Origin: Schmidtea polychroa
Taxonomy: Eukaryota
Assembly (NCBI GenBank): GCA_044892525.1
Contig: CM097885.1
Location: forward strand, 23,312,186 to 23,376,000
Reading direction: 5' to 3'
Length of the DNA: 63,815 nucleotides
This document shows, one piece after another, positions 51,801 to 60,370 of the stretch; within the stretch, counting starts at the first letter, position 1, and the number at the start of each line of letters is the position of its first letter. The translations under genes and the position numbers were made by a program. A model generated the notes under the pieces. It did not search any database, was not told the DNA's origin, and saw nothing but the letters and a program-made list of their open reading frames with translations.

Positions 51801-53375
51801 GTTTTCATTGATAGCTTATTTAATGATATTCTGATCATTTCTAAAATCATTTAAAATTGACTGAAATCCTTATTGCACTTATTTTCAAGGTTTTTATTTT
51901 CTGTATTTTGAAACAGATTTTAGTGCACATTGGTAATTGTTTTAGTGATTTTTTTAAAGTAAATTTTAAGATTGGTTATATTCTTAGTTTAATTCATCTT
52001 TATAATCCCGTGTACCATCTATATGTCATATATATTTCAATTGTTTCTAATGAATTTAACTTACCTTACAAAATATCAATTCTTTTTTACTGGTTTAGTT
52101 AAAATTCACTGTTTATGAGGGTGTTGTTAATACCCTCCCTGGAAGTTATATGCGGAAAAATACGATAATACTATAAGAAAATTATATTTATCTTCAGTAT
52201 TTTAATAACCTGTTTAATTTCTTTATTGTTCATGGACAATATTGGTAGCAGCCAAACTTCTGAACTTGAAGAATAAAAGAATTATCTTTTTCTTTGTAGA
52301 ATGATAATAATTTCTATTCGAAGTAGCAAATAATTACATAGGGTTATTAAACTAATGTATTAATGAAATAGTCAATGATATCAACAAGCTGACAGAGAGC
52401 AGCTCATTTGGTATGGATCAAATGTACCTGTTAAAAATAAATTGAGAATTTTTGGAAAAGTATTTCAATAATAAATAATTGCAGTGTCAAACACAAAACA
52501 TTAACCCTTAAATGCATGATTTTTTGTATGGCATTAAAAAATGTTTATTAAAAAAAATTATTATTGACAAAAAACATAGACAAAAACATAGATTTTATTT
52601 TTATTTTCACTTGAATCCATAGACCAGTGTTTCTCAGACTTTTCTCGCTCGCGGCACACTAAAAAATTTTAAAAAGCTCGCGGCACACCTGCCCAAAAAT
52701 CAAATATTTTTACAATTTTTTTGACTTTCCAATGATATACTGATATCCTAAAATACAATGATATACTTTTTAGTCTATACTAATTAAATATGATAAGGTA
52801 ATTTTTATAAGGTAATAAGGACAATTCTTAGTGATTTTGATTCACAGAAGCGACTTTTTCACAATAAAAAGCTTGATATAGTTTTTGTAATTTTTTTTTA
52901 TTACCAACTTTTTTTGGGGAAAAGTCTCGCAGCACACCGTTTGAGAAACACTGCCATAGACAGACAGTTTATCTTATTGCCAGACCTAAAATATATATGG
53001 CTCTCATTAATCATAAATGATTATATTTAAATATTTGGTACGATGGAAATTTCCATCACACTGCATTGAAGGGTTAATATTTTAAAGTTTTATTAATGTG
53101 ACCCATCTCAAGTTCCTCACAACCCTAAATACCAAATCATTTGTAACATTACGAGTATGATCATTGTTATCAATTTTCCTCTCAAAAATACGAATTTTAT
53201 TTATAATGATATACTGATGTAGAGCAATAAATGTTTGATATCTCAATTGTATACTGTCAGTACCTATAATTGTCATTATTCAGATCGTCAATACAAACTT
53301 GTGGAAGTTTACATTATTTCAGCCTGTCAATGCAATTCCTGTCAACAAACAGTGATTGATAAATGCAAAACTTAA
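7..53375 (+). CDS. Giant gel-forming mucin / VWF-hemolectin-like secreted glycoprotein (5'-partial, 69 exons in window, about 8,224 aa): D1-D2-D'-D3, 20 discoidin-like domains with PTS segments, central Cys-rich linker, C-terminal cystine knot
   Basis: Exons joined by hand at GT-AG sites. Phases match at every junction and total 24,675 nt, ending in TAA at 53373-53375. Motifs include CGLCG, GDPHF.TFD, C8 (CVQDSCAC..DCLCVC), TIL, PTS repeats and CTCK. Confidence 0.9.
1516..1605 (+). repeat. Dispersed ~80-95 bp repeat family, copy 1
   Basis: acttgaaaaaggcagtgccgaaaattcgtgaatatcaaaaacatcgatatatttactgattcatagg; homologs at 6041, 28160 and 61607. Confidence 0.8.
2364..3950 (+). CDS. Mucin exons 2364-2487, 2542-2823, 2872-3067, 3114-3330, 3378-3569, 3620-3741, 3788-3950: E1, VWD2, C8-2, TIL2, E2
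   Basis: CIITGDPHFITFD; VTGLCGNFNGDPEDD; CKHDVCNC...CECSAYSAYARIC...WRTPEFC; CPKNMVYKECGSSC; introns 46-54 bp. Confidence 0.9.
3998..4844 (+). CDS. Mucin exons 3998-4241, 4293-4339, 4400-4844: TIL'-E' (D') and VWD3
   Basis: CPNGKVWKDCGGCQRTC; CKAWGESHYMSFDGK...GDCSYVL...ENVECG...VCGLCGNFDDN. Confidence 0.9.
6041..6117 (-). repeat. Dispersed repeat family, copy 2 (inverted)
   Basis: Reverse complement of the 1516 copy with few mismatches. Confidence 0.8.
6437..6960 (+). CDS. Mucin exons 6437-6777 and 6826-6960: C8-3 and TIL3
   Basis: FADSWK...CSILKSETFEPCH...YYEKCVQDSCACDRGDDCLCVCTAISQYVHEC...WRNYENCPIMC, closely matching the D3 C8 pattern of MUC2/VWF. Confidence 0.92.
7490..8480 (-). mobile_element. 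Decayed Penelope-like retroelement (RT + GIY-YIG endonuclease)
   Basis: Minus strand reads FSLDLVSLYTSIKPKDAI, ARYVDDIF, IKFEIE...LLDLKI...FYRKP, then NIVYCITCNVCKEIYI*...RTL...KHL...SSVYRH, with stops and frameshifts. Confidence 0.85.
9507..10254 (+). CDS. Mucin exons 9507-9603, 9644-9705, 9753-9815, 10219-10254: E3 and first short Thr/Ser linkers
   Basis: CTCKDENGKEYPLGETIIKNCHKCTC; Thr-rich micro-exons with phase-1 boundaries. Confidence 0.8.
10305..10812 (+). CDS. Discoidin/F5-8C-like domain 1 plus PTS (exons 10305-10521 and 10568-10812)
   Basis: CEVP...ISASS...GWEPFINDLNPIIKLEF...IKGI...KVTIEGC. A 46-bp phase-2 intron removes an in-frame TAG and restores the frame. Confidence 0.75.
11161..11298. 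repeat. 68-bp tandem duplication in an extremely AT-rich intron tract
   Basis: tttaatcaaatt.aatcctattacttattaaa...ttaataaatcaataaaattg occurs at 11161 and 11229. Confidence 0.7.
12790..14200 (+). mobile_element. Decayed R2/R4/NeSL-like non-LTR retrotransposon RT fragment (spans N gap)
   Basis: NGYDEHNYIIQ; HLAFLDLTDVFGSILH; GIKQGCPLS; LPYADGL (degenerate YADD); LTFKPEKC; YTYLGV; LRPQQKI; with frameshifts. Confidence 0.85.
13786..13938. other. Assembly gap (153 N)
   Basis: Run of N. Confidence 1.
15095..15778. mobile_element. Non-autonomous piggyBac-type element (684 bp)
   Basis: TTAA on both sides; TIRs ccacttgccgggcga / tcgcctggcaagtgg with one mismatch. Confidence 0.8.
16010..16667 (+). 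CDS. PTS micro-exon 16010-16063 and discoidin-like domain 2 (16108-16318, 16369-16667)
   Basis: CKETLTLVSTKEFISEI...FYKPITITEIIFEN...KLIIIGC. Diverged homolog of the array domain with the same 211-bp first exon. Confidence 0.8.
16781..17885 (+). CDS. Array-1 module 1 (discoidin-like + 3 full 37-aa repeats)
   Basis: Exons 16781-16991 and 17044-17885; phase 1-2-1 GT-AG junctions. Confidence 0.85.
17999..19214 (+). CDS. Array-1 module 2 (4 full repeats)
   Basis: Same two-exon structure; period 1329. Confidence 0.85.
19328..20432 (+). CDS. Array-1 module 3 (3 full repeats)
   Basis: Same two-exon structure; period 1218. Confidence 0.85.
20546..21650 (+). CDS. Array-1 module 4 (3 full repeats)
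   Basis: Same two-exon structure; period 1218. Confidence 0.85.
21764..22757 (+). CDS. Array-1 module 5 (2 full repeats)
   Basis: Same two-exon structure; period 1107. Confidence 0.85.
22871..23864 (+). CDS. Array-1 module 6 (2 full repeats)
   Basis: Same two-exon structure; period 1107. Confidence 0.85.
23978..25082 (+). CDS. Array-1 module 7 (3 full repeats)
   Basis: Same two-exon structure; period 1218. Confidence 0.85.
25196..26300 (+). CDS. Array-1 module 8 (3 full repeats)
   Basis: Same two-exon structure; period 1218. Confidence 0.85.
26414..27461 (+). CDS. Array-1 module 9 (2 full repeats, unique Ser-rich tail)
   Basis: Exons 26414-26624 and 26677-27461; donor G|GTTTGT. Confidence 0.85.
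27509..27997 (+). CDS. Highly diverged discoidin-like domain 12 and start of a VWC-like module (exons 27509-27705, 27752-27997)
   Basis: PCKIVETFEY...FSLTFTF...SMKVFGC followed by FCIVEGKKYW; 46-bp phase-0 intron. Confidence 0.7.
28160..28256 (-). repeat. Dispersed repeat family, copy 3 (inverted)
   Basis: Reverse complement of the 1516 and 61607 copies. Confidence 0.8.
28844..28925. mobile_element. 82-bp piggyBac-type mini-element
   Basis: TTAA|ccctttcgcggac ... gtccattaaaggg|TTAA. Confidence 0.75.
29848..38469 (+). CDS. Central Cys-rich linker exons 29848-29967, 31993-32302, 34200-34377, 37864-37904, 37953-38170, 38217-38349, 38401-38469 (VWC-like and TIL-like modules)
   Basis: CMRKSCICDNGEERC...CANC; ENGCCSC; CHKDCGNC...CKCPPG; CEESCQ...CSCPTGYVKD...CVKSTNCNC; phases chain 0-0-1-2-1-0-1-1. 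Confidence 0.72.
30519..30678. other. Assembly gap (160 N)
   Basis: Run of N. Confidence 1.
33598..33862. mobile_element. hAT-type MITE (265 bp)
   Basis: TIR cagtgttatccaaac / gtttggacaacactg; 8-bp TSD cattcagt / cattaagt; repeated gcggcacac subterminal motifs. Confidence 0.85.
35259..35522. mobile_element. Probable degenerate MITE inserted in a (TA)n tract
   Basis: GC-richer ends taggcccggcg / gcgccggtgctg are imperfectly inverted and flanked by (TA)n on both sides. Confidence 0.4.
35915..36420 (-). mobile_element. Fossil Tc1-like transposase fragment
   Basis: Minus strand WPVQNADLSLIDNLW resembles Tc1 WP..SPDL.PIENLW; upstream LFTDFRRSKF resembles LFTDES.F; disrupted. Confidence 0.6.
40259..41684 (+). 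CDS. Array-2 module 1 (6 full repeats)
   Basis: Two-exon module; 873 + 6 x 111. Confidence 0.85.
41798..43679 (+). CDS. Array-2 module 2 (10 full repeats)
   Basis: Two-exon module; 885 + 10 x 111. Confidence 0.85.
43793..45551 (+). CDS. Array-2 module 3 (9 full repeats)
   Basis: Two-exon module; 873 + 9 x 111. Confidence 0.85.
45665..46424 (+). CDS. Array-2 module 4 (no full repeat)
   Basis: Two-exon module; 873 bp. Confidence 0.85.
46538..48296 (+). CDS. Array-2 module 5 (9 full repeats; copy of module 3)
   Basis: ORF-track protein differs from module 3 at one residue (YSSP vs YSLP). Confidence 0.85.
48410..49169 (+). CDS. Array-2 module 6 (copy of module 4)
   Basis: ORF-track protein identical to module 4. 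Confidence 0.85.
49283..49847 (+). CDS. Array-2 module 7 (discoidin-like + short unique PTS)
   Basis: Exons 49283-49493 and 49546-49847; donor G|GTTATT. Confidence 0.82.
51018..51789 (+). CDS. Discoidin-like domain 20, short PTS and first part of the C-terminal cystine knot (exons 51018-51222, 51269-51789)
   Basis: GCLEVL...WESWKNDSNPFIKIIF...LLIFGC; then CSF...GNCIS...GYCFGGCAS...SKCLCCQP...FTC. Confidence 0.88.
52505..53073. mobile_element. piggyBac-type non-autonomous element hosting a nested hAT MITE
   Basis: TTAA|cccttaaatgca ... tgcattgaaggg|TTAA. Confidence 0.78.
52625..52953. mobile_element. hAT (Charlie-like) MITE, 329 bp
   Basis: TIR cagtgtttctca / tgagaaacactg; perfect 8-bp TSD ccatagac; gcggcacac motifs shared with the 33598 element. 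Confidence 0.9.
53284..53375 (+). CDS. Terminal exon completing the cystine knot
   Basis: ttcag|AT CGT...: (D)RQYKLVEVYIISACQCNSCQQTVIDKCKT*; phase 1 matches the donor at 51790. Confidence 0.88.
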
Positions 53376-53391
53376 CTGAAATTTCATTATT

Positions 53392-53397
53392 AATAAA
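53392..53397 (+). terminator. Candidate polyadenylation signal AATAAA of the mucin gene
   Basis: AATAAA 17 nt after the stop. The genome is AT-rich, so a chance match is possible. Confidence 0.5.
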
Positions 53398-53599
53398 ACT
53401 TGCAAAATATTTTCTTTCTTGATCAATTGTGATAATTAATGATCACTATTCGTTTATAAAATTCTTCGTAATTTAATTTCAATGTCATTTCTATTCGGGA
53501 TTTCATTTTCCCATATTTATTGTTTGTTTCAATTATGTTAATTGATGGGTTCCAATGTTAACAGCAAGGTCTTTAATTTGATGTTGTAATTTGTAATTC

Positions 53600-54760
53600 T
53601 TAATGATAACCACAAATGTTTGGCACAGAATTTATCAACTGTTAGTTCTATGAACTCTACTAATCTTGTCATTTATTTGCATCTAAATGTCCTACCATAT
53701 TTCTTATTAAATGGGGTTTTTGAGGAAATGTGCAAGATTATTTTGTCTATTGTTCGTTGTTTGAAAGAAGTTCTTCAAAAGTGACTTTCAGCTTTCTAAT
53801 GCATAGGATATCTTCCATGTTAGTTATTTCTAAAAGTTTAATTCTAAATAATTACTTTGTATCAACACTTCAGATAACCAGTTTAGTTTAATTTTACCAA
53901 CTATTATTATTTTATTATTTAACCTTTTCGTTCCATAAGACTCTCGCTTTACTATTCCCTGGGGATTTTTTGTTTCCAGATAATTGCTCTCTCTCATCGA
54001 CTCTTGGTATGTCTATTTGTTCTGATTGATTTCTCCATTACTGTCACAAATACTCATGAATCCAACAAAATTTCACAAACATTCACCTCCATTAAACATC
54101 ATTTCTATCCATTTATCCTCTTATACAATCACATACCCCTTTAACCCATTTCATTTTCAACCGAGATTTAATTGTTCAAGCCTACAGATGAAATGAAATG
54201 AATGTGATCCTCAAGGTTTTTTATGTATCCCTTTATTGATAAATTGTTCTCTTCACTAGGATGAGCTTTCATAATCATAGTTGTTGTCTATTGTAGCCCG
54301 TACAGATAACATATCCTATTGATGTGGGTTTTCTTACGATAAATCATGCTTTTATTTTGCCTTGAATGGGAATTTCCTTATTTCTCTACAATTTAAACAG
54401 GTTTCAATGGTGATAACCCACAGCTTCCATTATATAATTTGTTTGTAATACTTTTCAACGACATTTAACTCTTTCGTTGCTATAATTTTCAATAGACAAT
54501 TGTAAAAGTTTTATCACCGTGAACACAATGGGAACATTTAAAAATTACTATCTTGATAACTCGGTATATAATTGTTGGACATGATATCTTCTTGATTATT
54601 AGTTTTATTTTCTCTACTTTCAACCTTTTCATAACTGTTTATTTGAATTATATGAGTATTCCTAATCTAGGATAGTGATGTGATATTTCCATACCCTTTT
54701 GGAACGGATCTAACTTCATTCATTTTTTATAATGATTTTAAAATCCGTTTGTTTGACTTT
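53600..54760 (-). mobile_element. Possible heavily decayed Penelope-like relic
   Basis: Scattered minus-strand remnants: YPRLG, IMSNNYIPSY, IYRKKTHINR, KYGRTFR...RLVE. No continuous frame. Confidence 0.35.
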
Positions 54761-56686
54761 TAGTAATGGCATCAATATTTGCGGCATCGTAGCCAGATAT
54801 TAATTTTTGTAATTCAGACTTCAAATAATATATTTGACTTCTAAATTCAAAATTATATTTTATTACGCTTAATATTAAAACAATAACTAATTCAACTTGG
54901 AATTCCAATTATAATATCTTTTCAAACTGATTTTAATAATAGAACAAGAAGTAAGGACTTAAATTCGAGAAAATAATTGACATACGTTTTTACTTGTGTT
55001 CTCTCATTTTTAAGATTCAATTGAAAATATATTCTCAGTGGGATACTATGTCCTCTTTATTGATGAAACGGGACAAAGGCCGTGAAGCGGAAGAAGATTA
55101 TTAACATTTATTATTATTATTACTATTATAATTATTCTACAAACCTATGAAGACAGGATGAAACAAAATTAAGAATGTGTGTGAATATGACCAAACCATT
55201 GAGCGCTCAACAGAGCTTGCGTTTATTTGTTAGATATAACGACTGTGCCACCTCTAAGAGGGTTGTCAAAAGGACTTTTATAAGTTTTTTATAAACAAAA
55301 ATACTATTTGCAGAGGTCTCAAACTGGCTAGATCACATACCTCACAACGACGACCATATTTTTTATAAATATTTAATTAACAGGATACAGCGGATCCCGC
55401 CAAAGACCATTATATTACAAATAAAAAACAATTGCCTAAGTTTCGGTCAATGGATCGTTCCAAAAATCTGTATTGATTTCATTGAATCTCATTTTAATTT
55501 CTCTCGAACGTTTTCATAGTTTTAATTCTTGTTAATTTCGGCCAGTTACTGACAAGCGCGATTTCTGTATAAATGGAATAGGCTTTCAAATAAATACAAT
55601 TATTTAATGCAAATAGCATTATTAAAACTATTAAACTTTTTTCAAATTTAATTTTTCATTAAAAATATAACTACTTTCATTCGTGTCAATAGATTTTTTA
55701 TTTCGAATGAGAGCAGGTTGAGAAACAGATCTTCAATGCCTTTTCTTTCTTGAAATTTTAATTTAAATATTTATTTTGTATGTATAGTTTCTGTCAAAAC
55801 CATGATCTATAATGTTTTCGGTCGATTTAAATGTTCAGTATTTTGGATAAACCGTTCAGTAATTAAATTAAAATGTTCAGTATTTTTTATACAGGAAAAT
55901 GGATTAAATGTTCAGTAAATAAAATTAATTTTCATTAAATGTTTGTTAAATGTTCATTAATTTTTAAATAAATTACCCTAATAAATTACCCTATTGCATT
56001 ACATTATTACCTTCATTTTACGGTTAACTTTCCATCCATTCTACTTTTCATTCAAATATCTATCATTTTACACCAATTTGATAAGCTGTTTACATTTTCA
56101 TTTTTTAATTTTATTTGCGTAAACTTTGACTTTAATCAGTAACAATTGAAGATGAGTCTTTATTAATGTCCGCAGTAATGCGTATAATTCAAAAAAAATA
56201 AATAAAGCATAAATCTAGGAATCCATCAAAACATTCCTACATACGAAGATATTGAATTTACTGGTTTTTACTTAATTTGAAAAATTCGGACTTGACGAGT
56301 CATAATCGAGTCCCAAAGCCCTATGGGCTTCCCTAAATTATTTTAATAGGAAATATTAATTTTAAAAATTTTTATTTTAATAAAAATTTAATTTTTAATT
56401 TGTGAAGAATATTTCTTAATTTTAAAATGAATTTCCATTAGAATATTTATCAAACCTCCGCAAAACAATTGCATTTATTGCATCTCAGCAAATGCGACCA
56501 TATCAATTATTTTTCAAACGAAAGCTGCAGATCTCGCTCTCAATGTAAAATTCCTACAATCAGGAAGCTCTCTTCATTCGCTTTACTTTAGCTTATAATT
56601 ATACGTCAGCCAATAAATACAAAGCTGTCATTTAAAATTTAAGAAAATTTCATGTAATCTAAGTAGAATTTCCCTTTAATAGTTTC

Positions 56687-56876
56687 ATGATTTCTTCAGT
56701 GAATTTTATTTTACTTTTTGCAGTTTTTTTCCCGAGTCAAACTCGACTAGTAAATAAAATAGGTGTTGAAAAAACAAATGAAATTTTGGCCACAACAGAT
56801 AAACTGTTAGAATTCATGTTTTCAAGGGCTACATTTTTAAATTTGGATGGACTGATTGGGATCAGAATTTATCAAG
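56687..56876 (+). CDS. First exon of a UPF0764 / C16orf89-like secreted protein
   Basis: Signal-like MISSVNFILLFAVFFPS, then ILATTDKLLEFMFSRATFLNLDGLIGIRIYQG resembling the recalled C16orf89 motif NLDGMVGVR; donor G|GTTAGT. Confidence 0.55.
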
Positions 56877-56892
56877 GTTAGTTGATTCATTG

Positions 56893-57076
56893 NNNNNNNN
56901 NNNNNNNNNNNNNNNNNNNNNNNNNNNNNNNNNNNNNNNNNNNNNNNNNNNNNNNNNNNNNNNNNNNNNNNNNNNNNNNNNNNNNNNNNNNNNNNNNNNN
57001 NNNNNNNNNNNNNNNNNNNNNNNNNNNNNNNNNNNNNNNNNNNNNNNNNNNNNNNNNNNNNNNNNNNNNNNNNNNN
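56893..57076. other. Assembly gap (184 N)
   Basis: Run of N. Confidence 1.
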
Positions 57077-59107
57077 TAATTATTGGTATAGTATATTCTC
57101 GATAAGTGTCACAAGGAGTGAATGAATTATTTTTAAATCCATATAATATAAGAAGTGACAGTTAGAGAATTTTAATTAACCAATTTTTTTTTCATTTTGT
57201 GAGGGCTTCATTTATCTAGTAATATATAGTTATTGAGTGTAACACTTTTTAAGATTTCGCTATATTATTATTTTTATTATTATTATCATTCAAATTATAA
57301 TAATTTATTAATTTTTGTTAGATTTAGTTAAGTTTAGGTAATTTTCTAAATAATTAGGGTAACACTTTTTAAAAGTCAGCCAGTTTTGTCATTACAGCAT
57401 GAGTGGTTTGGATATCTAATAGGTAGATCATGATGGTCAGGTGGAATACGTAATGTCTTATCTTATGGTTTTGATAGTATTGATATTTTGTCACAGTAGA
57501 CTTGTTTCAAGCTCAAAACTGTTATTCGTAACGCCTAAGATTTTAATACATAAAACTAAGAGCTCATCTCATTAAAGTTCAGTGAGCGGTGTGGAATGAG
57601 CAAAATAAATTCATCGACTCAGTTTGCATAGAATCCTGATAGAAATATTATTATAGCCAAAAGATGGTTTCCCAAGGCGATTTCTTGATTAACATGAATA
57701 GACGAATATAACCATAACCACAAATTGGTTATAATAATTGTGTGGTACGCACAAAGATTGAACAACGAAGTTAGCCCAAATCAAAATACCGTCATAGACA
57801 ATGTGAAATTTGCGTTAAAACAATCTATTTAGGCAGGACACAAGGAGGTAAAGTTTTGGAAAGAGAAAAATCTTTTCTCAAATAATATATTTATATCGAC
57901 CACCGATTGCCGTACTCATTAGTCAGCGGTTCATTCGACCTTACAACTTAAGCGATTAAAAGCATCGCGTTACCGGAAATAAGAGATTATCCATTTTCTC
58001 ATCAGTAACTCCTCCGCCATGAGTTCAATTGACATATTATCTTCTACTAGAAATCAACCTTGATACCCCTGATACCATAGGCACCGACATTAGATAGCCA
58101 TGTTAATTTATGTACTAATCAGTATAAGGTCTACTATCAGACCAGTGAGGTACTACAATAGCAGGCAATGTCGTTAACATCCAGCCGAGTAACATACGGG
58201 CAAATACATAACTATTTTCATTACATGTTAGAATCACGAAAAATAATCGCAAAAAGGACGACATTTCTCGAAGATGGCCACCTCGATCGATACGACAGGG
58301 GGTTAAATTTGGATTTCTACTATCTAATTTTTCATTTTACATTTCAGTTGAACACAATACTAAAACTTTCGCTAGTTCATTGTTAAGTCTACCACGATCA
58401 CATGACCCAATAGCCACCTCGTTAATCCATCCCAATGAATGACCACACTAAATTAAAGATCCAGCCAAAAAATAAAGCCCGTTTATCTCCTACTGAAATC
58501 AAGTCATTACACAACAAATCATCATATAAATTTATTCAAAAATTCACAGTAATTGTTGTTTCCACTATTTGAAGCACTCCTAGCGATCTCTTTCCAGTCA
58601 AGCTCTAACCGTTCACCTTAGCATCAAGCAATAATATTGTAACTACATGATCTTTTGAATAATTTTATATGTACTTTAGTTGAGCAGGTCAATTTTAGAC
58701 ATCAGCATTATGCTAAATCAAAGTAAGATGAAATGGTAATAAATATACGAAACGAATAGAAATGAAAATCATAAGTTTCACAATGAAATGCTTGTAATTT
58801 ATTTGATAAATGTGTTTATATTTAAAAAAAATGCAGATTTTAATCAGTTTCTAGATATTTGTATACATTGGGTTCATATGCAAATAAAATCATTCAACAA
58901 AGGTTTTGCTACTAGGATTGTGTTAACAAGGTTCACTTACAGGTTGAGAAACATGATTGAAAAGAGTTAGATGAAATTGTAATAAATATATAAATAGGGA
59001 TGAAAACAATAGGTTTTATAATGAAATACTTATTGTAAAAACATGATGATTTTAATAGCATTATAGTCAATTTGAATATGTTCTGTATTTGGTTTAATAC
59101 AAATCTT

Positions 59108-59474
59108 GGTACTTCCGTGTTATCTTACCCCCAAAAATTAAATTAAAAAAGAACACATATAATTATTATATTTATTTTCTAAATCACAGTTACAAACTCA
59201 GCCAATGTTTGTAAAGAGTTTGTAATTGGTCATCCAGGTGGCCAGAAAACCACAATGTCGTTGAGAATAGTGTCGAACACATCGGCACTGTTGCTTAGAA
59301 CACGTTTGCGCCACATAAACTCACATAATCACATAAATCACAGATAGCCTTAATAAATTCATGTTCAATAATGTTCAATAACGTCATCAATAATGTATTC
59401 TCTCATTTTTTATATTGTTATTTTAATTGTATTTTATAATTTAATTTTTGGGGGTAAGATAATACGGAAGTACC
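59108..59474 (-). mobile_element. Non-autonomous Merlin-type (IS1595-related) element with a transposase C-terminal remnant
   Basis: About 38-bp TIR ggtacttccgt.ttatcttacccccaaaaattaaatta; 8-bp TSD caaatctt / caaatctc; internal minus-strand EFMWRKRVL...VFDTILNDIVVFWP. Confidence 0.75.
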
Positions 59475-60154
59475 CAAATCTCCATTCAATAGGTTCGATC
59501 TCTTTCATCAAAGTTTATTTTTGATTGCGGTATATGATTGATAAAAGGTAGATAAAGTAGTAATAATTCAGGAATATGAATGAAAATATTTGGTCTTCAT
59601 TCTTTCATTTGCTTTAGGAATTAATTTTTGTTAGGAATATAATAGTGAGTAACTATTTTATGAAAAACATGTATCTTCAAATGTGGCAACATTAAGTTAA
59701 TTGAAAATCAGTCAAAATCGTAACGTATCAATCTTTAGCAAACTCACATAGTAAAAGCTTTATAAAAACCAGTTAAGTTATAAAATAATTGAACAAATTT
59801 ATTTATACAACATTAAATATATACAAACTGATATTCTTCAATTTATTTACATTACAAATTTCACACGTACTAGTTCTTCTGAAACCAGTAAAACAAATTA
59901 TTAGATGCCTACAAGGTAAATATAAACTAGATAAACTAAGCATCTCTTCTTGTTTCTTCCAATTTATCAAGGATTTTTATTTCTATTTTACCCACATTAT
60001 TAGACGCAATTAAATTTAAATCTGTTTCCAACATTTTTTTATTAATTAAAATTTTCCCGTATTTTCTGAAAATTTTAACAACTGAGGCGTGATAATTATT
60101 AATATTGATTTAACTATTGGTCACAAATATAATTAGTGAATTTAAAATAATTTA

Positions 60155-60370
60155 CCGTATTTTAGCGCATATAACGCGCACGTTATACGCACTTTTACAA
60201 ACCATGCACCCCCCATGCGCGGTATCTGTGGGTGCGCGCTTTATGATTTATATTTTACACGTGGCGGCATTGCCAGTGGAAATATTTTTATGATGTGTCA
60301 GTAACCCTACCATCGGTTTTATTGTTTATTGTAATCAGATACCGTGCGCGTTATATGCGCTAAAATACGG
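60155..60370. mobile_element. pogo/Tc1-mariner-type MITE (216 bp)
   Basis: Perfect 28-bp TIR ccgtattttagcgcatataacgcgcacg; TA TSD. Confidence 0.9.

Noticed and set aside
7-53375. Assigning a symbol such as MUC2, VWF, Hml or SSPO
   Set aside because: There are no VWA domains, no LDLa/TSP1 arrays and no VWD after D3. Orthology needs a phylogeny.
57400-58600. Possible LINE relic (minus-strand KILGVT)
   Set aside because: Single short motif; family cannot be supported.
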